Source: Myxococcota bacterium
GTDB taxonomy: Bacteria; Myxococcota_A; UBA796; CAJQPC01
Assembly: GCA_036012755.1 (NCBI GenBank)
Contig: DASCPX010000179.1
Location: forward strand, 32,001 to 96,000
Reading direction: 5' to 3'
Length of the DNA: 64,000 nucleotides
The notes under the pieces: model-generated
Seen by the model: the letters and a program-made list of their open reading frames with translations, nothing else
The model's database searches: none
What the model was told of the DNA's origin: nothing
Shown here: positions 57,986 to 64,000 of the stretch, piece after piece
Layout: every line of letters starts with the position of its first letter
Position numbering within the stretch: the stretch's first letter is position 1
Translations under genes and position numbers: made by a program

Positions 57986-58016
57986 GGGCGCGATTATGGG
58001 GTGTTACCGGGGTGGC

Positions 58017-58475
58017 ATGCGTATCGCGGTCGCATCAGACGAACCCTACCCGGTCCACTCCACCATCCTCGACGAACTCGAGCGGCGGGGACACGAGGTC
58101 GTGCGCTTCGGATCGCTGCGAACCGGCGAAGACAGCCCCTGGCCCCTGACGGCCGAACGAGCCGCGCGCGCGGTTGCCTCCGGCGAGTGTGACGAGGGCA
58201 TCTTCCTGTGCTGGACCGGCACGGGCATCTCCATCGCCGCGAACAAGGTGCGGGGGATCCGCGCGGCCCTGTGTGGAGACCCGAAAACCGCAGCCGGGGC
58301 GCGTGTGTGGAACCACGCCAACGTCATCTGCCTCTCGAACCGGACGCTCTCCCAGGACATGTGCAAGGAGATCCTGGAGGCCTGGTTCGGTACGGAGCCT
58401 GGCGACGACGGGGCCGAAGGGGTCGAGCAGCTCAGCGAGGTCGAGGCCCGATCCTGGGAACGCCTGCCGTGCTAG
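58017..58475 (+). CDS. RpiB/LacA/LacB family sugar-phosphate isomerase
   Basis: MRIAVASD, CWTGTGISIAANKVRGIRAALC, WNHANV. Confidence 0.92.
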   Translation: MRIAVASDEPYPVHSTILDELERRGHEVVRFGSLRTGEDSPWPLTAERAARAVASGECDEGIFLCWTGTGISIAANKVRGIRAALCGDPKTAAGARVWNHANVICLSNRTLSQDMCKEILEAWFGTEPGDDGAEGVEQLSEVEARSWERLPC

Positions 58476-58502
58476 GCTCGCTGCCCTCAGAAGGAGAGCG
58501 AG

Positions 58503-58799
58503 ATGAAGAAGGCAGTGATCCTGATGGTTCTGGGTGGCCTGGCCGTCGGCCTCGGCCTCGGCGTGACGATCCCAGCAGCCCAAGCTGGCGACGGCGAGTG
58601 GGGCTGCTTCGTCGTCGACCGGCTCCCAGACACGAGCGAAGCAGCGGACTGGAAAGGCGCGAAGAACACGGCGGCGGGCCTGAACGTGATCGCCACGAAC
58701 TCACCTGCGGGCACGGTTCTCACGGTCAACCACCCCGTCAGCGGCGGCGGATGGGGCACCACCCAGACCAGCGTGGGGATGATCTGCGTCAAGCAGTGA
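58503..58799 (+). CDS. Small secreted hypothetical protein
   Basis: Classical signal peptide (MKK...AQA); SD AAGGAG; two Cys. Confidence 0.75.
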   Translation: MKKAVILMVLGGLAVGLGLGVTIPAAQAGDGEWGCFVVDRLPDTSEAADWKGAKNTAAGLNVIATNSPAGTVLTVNHPVSGGGWGTTQTSVGMICVKQ

Positions 58800-58836
58800 C
58801 ACCGGCCGGCAGCACCGTCAGCTCTCCGGCCGCGAG

Positions 58837-60537
58837 CTAGCCTGCGCCGAGATCCCAGACGAGGATCCCACCCGGGTCCTCGGTCGGTGGGCCCAGCACC
58901 TCCTCCAAGGCCTCCACTGTCGCCGACGAGCAGGCGGACTCCGGCACCAGGGGCAGGGAGCAGTGGGTCGAGTCGAAGACCACGAGCCCGACACCGGCCT
59001 CGCGGACCTCTTCGCGGGTCGGGGCGGTCCCGAGGGGGTGGCCGGAGCCCAGGTCCTGCAGCCAGGCGATGGCCAGGCTCTCCGGGGGCGGACCCCCGCC
59101 AGCCAGCGGCGCCAGGCGTGGCGGACCCGGCGCTCGCAACACAGAGGGGAACTGGGCGTCGATGGCGAAGGGGAGCTCGGCGACCGCGAGACCAGCGTCC
59201 ATCTCGGCGATTCGCCCGGCCGCGCGGGTCTCGGTCGCCCGACCCCACCGTCCGGCGTTTCGAAGCTCGCTGACGGTCATGGAGCCGGCGACGACCACCA
59301 GCCCGATGCCGAGGAGCGCCGCGACCACGCCAAGGACGATGCGCCAGCGACCGCGAGCCCGAAGCAGGAGAGCCTCGAGCCCCAGGCCGCCAAGGACCGC
59401 GGCCACGACTCCACCGGCCAGGGCGAAGCGCCCGGGGACGTGAACGACCTGCAGCGGCGCCCACAGCTCCCGGGAGTCCGCTGCCCAGCTGGAGCCAGCC
59501 TCGATCAGCCCCGCTCCGGACGACAGCTCGAGGCAAGGGCCGGATCCCAACAACGCGAGCAGCAGAGCCAGCGGCAGGCCCACCAGGGCTGGCAGGCGGC
59601 TCGAAGGATGAAGCAGCGCCAGCGGCGCGATGATCCAGGCCCCAGCCGAGATCAGCAGCTTCGGCCGGGCCGCGGGGTGCTGGCCGCCCCACGACCACCA
59701 GTCACCCAGCGGCATGGTGCCGTCGCGGAAGCACATCTCGAAGACGTTCGCCGTCCGCTCCCGAGGAAAGGCGTTCATGCTCTGCAGATCCGGGACCGCG
59801 ATGGCGATGGCGAGGGCGACCGCGAGCAGGACGAGGAGCCCCTGACCCTGGGAGGCGCGCAGCCCGTCGCGCAGGACCAGGGCGATCCCCAAGGGCATGA
59901 GCATCAGGAGGAATGGCGGGTAGGTGGAGCAGAGCCCACCGATGACCGCGACGACCGGCACCCAGAGCGCTCGTGTCCAGAGCCTGGAGCCAGGCCGCAG
60001 GATCTCCAGGGCACCGGCGACGGCGGCCGCGGCGAGCCCGATCCAGCAGCTGTTGGTCCGACCCATGTGGAGCTCGAAGAAGATCGGGTGCAGCAAGGCC
60101 CCGATGGCCCCGGCGTACGCGACGCCGAGGTGGCGGCAGCCCACTCCCCGGGCCAGCCAGGCGAGCCCCAGAGCAGAGACCGCGACGACCAAGATCTGGG
60201 TCGCCTGCCACTGCTCGGGCCAGTCCAACAGCACGTGCAGGGGAAGGACCAGGAGCGCATCGCCCAGCGCGGGGAAGTTGTGCGCCCGCATCCGACCGGT
60301 GGGGAAGTCGAAGTCCCGGACGACGTCCAGCGGCTCACCGGCCAACACGCTGCGAGCTACCCAGTCGTAGTACCACTGCGTTCCGGCTGCGTCGCCGCCC
60401 TGCCAGCCGTAGAAGGGTCCGCCGCCCGTCGGGGTCAAGAGCATGGAGGCGACCCAGCCGACGACCGCCAGCACGAACACCCACGTGGCGAGCGCGCCGA
60501 GCAGGCGCACGCCGCGATGGGAGAGCAGCTCGGACAT
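58837..60537 (-). CDS. Multi-pass membrane protein (YfhO/GT-C-like)
   Basis: About 11 TM segments; GD...WYY, FDFPTG, PGRF, ELP motifs. Confidence 0.65.
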   Translation of the reverse strand: MSELLSHRGVRLLGALATWVFVLAVVGWVASMLLTPTGGGPFYGWQGGDAAGTQWYYDWVARSVLAGEPLDVVRDFDFPTGRMRAHNFPALGDALLVLPLHVLLDWPEQWQATQILVVAVSALGLAWLARGVGCRHLGVAYAGAIGALLHPIFFELHMGRTNSCWIGLAAAAVAGALEILRPGSRLWTRALWVPVVAVIGGLCSTYPPFLLMLMPLGIALVLRDGLRASQGQGLLVLLAVALAIAIAVPDLQSMNAFPRERTANVFEMCFRDGTMPLGDWWSWGGQHPAARPKLLISAGAWIIAPLALLHPSSRLPALVGLPLALLLALLGSGPCLELSSGAGLIEAGSSWAADSRELWAPLQVVHVPGRFALAGGVVAAVLGGLGLEALLLRARGRWRIVLGVVAALLGIGLVVVAGSMTVSELRNAGRWGRATETRAAGRIAEMDAGLAVAELPFAIDAQFPSVLRAPGPPRLAPLAGGGPPPESLAIAWLQDLGSGHPLGTAPTREEVREAGVGLVVFDSTHCSLPLVPESACSSATVEALEEVLGPPTEDPGGILVWDLGAG

Positions 60538-61910
60538 CACTCCCGGTAACCGAGCGCTTTGAGAGCCTCGTCGAGGCCCTCGTCGACCTCGACGCCGACG
60601 AAGCTCTCGAAGGCGCTGGCGGCTGCCGCTTCCAGCTCGGTGATGTCGCCCTGCACCGGCGAGACCATGAGCGGATCGTTCCGCAAGTCGTAGAGCTCGC
60701 GACTGCCGTCCTCGCCGAGCACGAGGGCACGGTCGCCCTCGCGGTAGAGCTTCCAGCCGTGCTCGAAGATGCCGCCGAAGCGTCCAGCGCGGTACAGGTC
60801 CACCCACGACTGGGCCCGGATTGGTCCCTGGTTGGGGGACTCCAGGAGCGATGACAGCGGCGTCTCGATCCCGGCCAGCGCGAGGACCGTGCCTGCGATC
60901 TGCTCGGCGGAGACTGGCTCCTCGACGACCCGAGGCTCGAGGTGTCCGGGCCAGGAGATGACCAGCGGCACCCAGGTGACCGGCCTGTAGACCGTGCTGT
61001 GATGGTTCAGGAGCTCATGCTCGCCGAGGTACTCGCCGTGGTCGCTCGTCACCACGACGATGCCGTCCGGACAGGCCGCTGCAAAGCGCCGCACGAGCAC
61101 GTCGAGGTGGGCGTCCGCCATGTTGACGCCCCCGTCGTAGACCTCGCCGATGAACTCCACACCCGCTGGGGGGATGTCGTAGATCGTGCCGTCCAGCAGG
61201 GGGTGCCCCACGCCGAAGCCAGATGCCTTGGTGAAGGCGAGCACCGGCTGCCCGCCATGGTCCTTGACGAAGGGGAGGAGCCAGTCCGGAGCTCCTCCGT
61301 CCCACCAGCTCCGCTCGGTCTCGTCGATCCAGGGGGCCGGCGAGGGCGCATAGGGCGCGTGGGCGGACATGAGGTTCACGAAGAGCAGCAAGGGGGCGTC
61401 GCGCTCCTCTGCGAGGACCTCGCTGGCGCGCTCGACGACGATGGGGTCCGGGACGCTGGCGAGCACCTCCTCGAAGCCACGAACCAGCCCGAAGCGCGGA
61501 TCCAGCAGGTTGTTTCCGGCGACGGCGACGGTCGAGTACCCGGCGTCGCGGAAGTAGCCGGCGAAGGTCTTCATGCCAGGCCGGATGCCCTCGACGGACT
61601 TCTCCTTGCCCGTCACCTTGAAGTCCCCGGTCGGCTCGGCGTGGTGAGCGCCGTGGACCCAGGGGGGCTCGCCGGTGAACAGGGATGCGTGGCCCGGCCA
61701 CGTCCAGGAAGCGGGGATGGTGGCGTCGGCGAAGCGGACGCCCCCCGCGGCCAGCTCGTCGAGCGCGGGCGTGGTGGCGCGGTGGTGGCCGTAGGCGCCG
61801 ACGTGGTCCGCTCGCAAGGTGTCGATGACGACGAAGAGCACGCTGGGCGGCGTCGGAGGCCCCGGAACCTCCGCCACTTCGCCCCCCGTACACGAGATCA
61901 GCCAGAACAT
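60537..61910 (-). CDS. Sulfatase-like hydrolase/transferase lipoprotein (alkaline phosphatase superfamily)
   Basis: IDTLRADH, TP.LD, SWTWPGHASLFTG, HAPY, TSDHGE, LKALGY. Confidence 0.88.
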   Translation of the reverse strand: MFWLISCTGGEVAEVPGPPTPPSVLFVVIDTLRADHVGAYGHHRATTPALDELAAGGVRFADATIPASWTWPGHASLFTGEPPWVHGAHHAEPTGDFKVTGKEKSVEGIRPGMKTFAGYFRDAGYSTVAVAGNNLLDPRFGLVRGFEEVLASVPDPIVVERASEVLAEERDAPLLLFVNLMSAHAPYAPSPAPWIDETERSWWDGGAPDWLLPFVKDHGGQPVLAFTKASGFGVGHPLLDGTIYDIPPAGVEFIGEVYDGGVNMADAHLDVLVRRFAAACPDGIVVVTSDHGEYLGEHELLNHHSTVYRPVTWVPLVISWPGHLEPRVVEEPVSAEQIAGTVLALAGIETPLSSLLESPNQGPIRAQSWVDLYRAGRFGGIFEHGWKLYREGDRALVLGEDGSRELYDLRNDPLMVSPVQGDITELEAAAASAFESFVGVEVDEGLDEALKALGYRE

Positions 61911-61923
61911 GCAGGCGAGGATG

Positions 61924-63066
61924 TCACGGCAGGTAGGTCGAGTTCACCGACCAGTCGCCGTCCGGGTAGTAGCTCCAGACGAAGCCACCCATGATGTCGG
62001 CGATGACGTCGTCCGTGACCCGGTCGTCGACGGCGGTGCAGCCCCAACTCATGCCGAGGATGCCGTACTGATCGACGATCTCGGGGCGGGCGTAGGTGGC
62101 GCCATGAAAGACGATGGCGCGGTCGCGTACGTTGTCGTTGTAGCCAGCCTCGAGCCCGTCGTAGCGCACGCTGTGGCCGTTGGAGCCGTAGTAGTCCTCT
62201 GCAGCGACCATCATGCCGAGACTCGACTTGTGCGTCTCCGGCACGTTGCTGAACTTCACCGCCCAGCCGGGGTCGGAGCTGTCGGCCGACTTGTCGCCAT
62301 GGGTCACGTGGAGGTTCCAGAGGAGCTCCTCGGCTGCCATGTCCCAGACCCAGAAGCGCTCTTGGGCCGAGTACAGCGAGAAGTCGATGATGCTGTAGAC
62401 GAGGTGGTCCGTGTGGCCCTCCTCCCAAGCCCTGTCGAGGGCCTCCAGTCCGAGTTCTGCCGTGGCCTCGTCGAGCCCCTCGTCCGCCAGGTCCCCCGCC
62501 GTGACGGCCCCGATCTGCAGGCCGTAGCTGCCCTTCTGCTCGCTGCCCGAGGAGTCCACCCAGGTGTCCGCGACGACGTAGTAGGTGCCCTTAGGCAACA
62601 GGGCGCCGGCAGCCCAGTGGCCGCGGTCGAAGCAGTCGTCGGGATCGAGGGAGCCGAGGATGTGGACGTCGATGTCGGCGCCGCTGCCCATCTCGCGGAG
62701 GTCGGCGGCGAGGAAGCCAGGCTCATCGAGGATGACTCGGTAGATGACCTCTGGCCCCGACTCGTCGGTGCTCGAGGCGCAGCTGTAGGAGTCGAAGTCC
62801 CGTGAGCCCCCGCCGGTGCTGTCGTCGTCCCAGTAGGGCAGGTCCCGGTCGACGCAGATGACGCCGCTCGGGCAGGGGTCGTCCTCTGGGTCTTCGGTGT
62901 CCTGTGTGTCACCCGTGTCGCCGGTGTCATCCGGGAGCGAGGTGTCGATCCAGCCGGTCTCGGCGCTGTCGACGACCGCGGTGTCGTCCAGCGACGGCCG
63001 CTGACCGCGACGCAGCGATCGGTCGGTGTCCTCTGGGGCTGCGCAGGCGGCAAGAAGCAGGATCAT
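61924..63066 (-). CDS. Murein L,D-transpeptidase (YkuD_2-like) lipoprotein with an N-terminal Cys-containing beta domain
   Basis: IDFS, VTHG, FSN.PE..KSSLG, GLE..YNDN..RAIVFHGA.Y, SWGC. Confidence 0.85.
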   Translation of the reverse strand: MILLLAACAAPEDTDRSLRRGQRPSLDDTAVVDSAETGWIDTSLPDDTGDTGDTQDTEDPEDDPCPSGVICVDRDLPYWDDDSTGGGSRDFDSYSCASSTDESGPEVIYRVILDEPGFLAADLREMGSGADIDVHILGSLDPDDCFDRGHWAAGALLPKGTYYVVADTWVDSSGSEQKGSYGLQIGAVTAGDLADEGLDEATAELGLEALDRAWEEGHTDHLVYSIIDFSLYSAQERFWVWDMAAEELLWNLHVTHGDKSADSSDPGWAVKFSNVPETHKSSLGMMVAAEDYYGSNGHSVRYDGLEAGYNDNVRDRAIVFHGATYARPEIVDQYGILGMSWGCTAVDDRVTDDVIADIMGGFVWSYYPDGDWSVNSTYLP

Positions 63067-63093
63067 CGGCGGTTCTCCGCGAAGCCCCTGGAC

Positions 63094-64000
63094 CTAACGG
63101 CGCGTGCGCACCCAGTCGACTCGCTTCTTCTGGCTCTTGACACCGTCCACCCCGCTGGCCCTGGCCTCGCCGTCGAGGTCGTCCCGGATGAAGGCGGCGA
63201 GGTCCCCTGGCGAGGCCCCGACGTCCTCGATCTCGACGAGGACGACATCGCCGAGGTCGCGGTCCCACTCCCAGAAGCCGACGATGCGACCCGCGCGAGC
63301 GATCACCCGGTGGAAGATCCAGCGGGCCTTCGACAGCGGCGTCAAGCCTCGGCCCAGGCCGATGAGCTCCAGGTCGTGGTGCTCGGGCTGCACCAGCAGC
63401 GCCGGCGAGGCTCGCAGCGACAGGAGGTTGTCCTGGGCCGGCAGGAAGTGGAGCCCGTCGTCGATGGACTCGGCGAGGTCGCCGTAGACGGTCTCGCCCT
63501 CGAGCTCGTGTTGGGCCAGCCCGAGGCCAGCGATCGCCTTGTTCGCCTTGCCCTTGGCCACCTTGGACCAGCCTGTGAACTCCTCCAGCGTGGCGGGCGC
63601 CGCCCACTCGAAGAAGCGCCTCGCGAGGGCCTCGATCCGAGCCTGCTCGCCGCTCGGTCGCTCACCGAGGGACAGGGGGGAGACATCCGGGATCTCCCAG
63701 GTGTAGCGCTCGCTGTCGACCCGGCCGGTGGCGTGGCGGCGTCGGATGGCGCCGTCCCACTCCAGCAGTCGCAGGGCCGGAGGCAGGTTTGTCGTCACGC
63801 CGAGCTTCTTGCCGGCCTCGCCGAAGGAGAGGACCTCGCCAGGCAACGCCGCGCGAAGCTGGCCAGGGCTACGGGGACCCTCTGAGAGGACCTCGAGGAC
63901 ACGCTCGCCGAGCCGCCGGAGGTCTTGTTCGGACTGGCCGAGCTTGCCGAGGTTGCGCAGGAGCCCGCGCATGGAGAAGGTCTCGCTGACAGCCAGGGCC
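63094..64000 (-). CDS. AlkZ-like DNA glycosylase / winged-helix protein, 5' end outside the window
   Basis: LARRFFEWAAPAT..EF..WS, FLPAQDNL, GRIVGFW. Confidence 0.8.
   Translation of the reverse strand, partial: ALAVSETFSMRGLLRNLGKLGQSEQDLRRLGERVLEVLSEGPRSPGQLRAALPGEVLSFGEAGKKLGVTTNLPPALRLLEWDGAIRRRHATGRVDSERYTWEIPDVSPLSLGERPSGEQARIEALARRFFEWAAPATLEEFTGWSKVAKGKANKAIAGLGLAQHELEGETVYGDLAESIDDGLHFLPAQDNLLSLRASPALLVQPEHHDLELIGLGRGLTPLSKARWIFHRVIARAGRIVGFWEWDRDLGDVVLVEIEDVGASPGDLAAFIRDDLDGEARASGVDGVKSQKKRVDWVRTRR

Noticed and set aside
20..63989. Numerous long overlapping Arg/Pro/Gly-rich ORFs in the ORF track (e.g. 20..1582, 12243..14849, 27207..29849, 50112..52679)
   Set aside because: Shadow frames expected in high-GC DNA; they overlap well-supported genes and lack family motifs

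Overview
GC-rich (roughly 70% by eye) bacterial chromosome segment, most likely from a Myxococcota-like (deltaproteobacterial) lineage. That assignment is inferred from a MYXO-CTERM-like tail, many Cys/Asp-rich secreted lipoproteins and sigma54 promoters. About 58 genes are present: oxidative-stress genes (bcp fragment, Rrf2, sodB), transporters, an ABC-F protein, a fatty-acid beta-oxidation cluster (fadH / TetR / acyl-CoA dehydrogenase / MaoC / FabG4-like / thiolase), a ParD-like + zeta-like TA pair and many surface proteins. I saw no rRNA, tRNA, CRISPR array or transposase. Main observations: (1) a SelW/Rdx selenoprotein (CxxU, in-frame TGA plus SECIS-like hairpin) missed by the ORF track; (2) a soluble PhoR-like kinase fused in frame to PhoU, behind a Pho-box-like repeat and a GTATAC motif shared with a second promoter 28 kb away; (3) a window-wide leaderless gene architecture (TAnnnT 5-7 nt before the start codon), plus near-leaderless sigma54 promoters on two FG-GAP paralogues; (4) ultra-short, uncharged export signals (MLLLLAC-type); (5) an orphan sigma54 promoter in front of a structured intergenic RNA candidate; (6) many frameshifts, premature TAGs and internal deletions. 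The last point means either real gene decay or a low-accuracy assembly, and it tempers every fusion or truncation claim.
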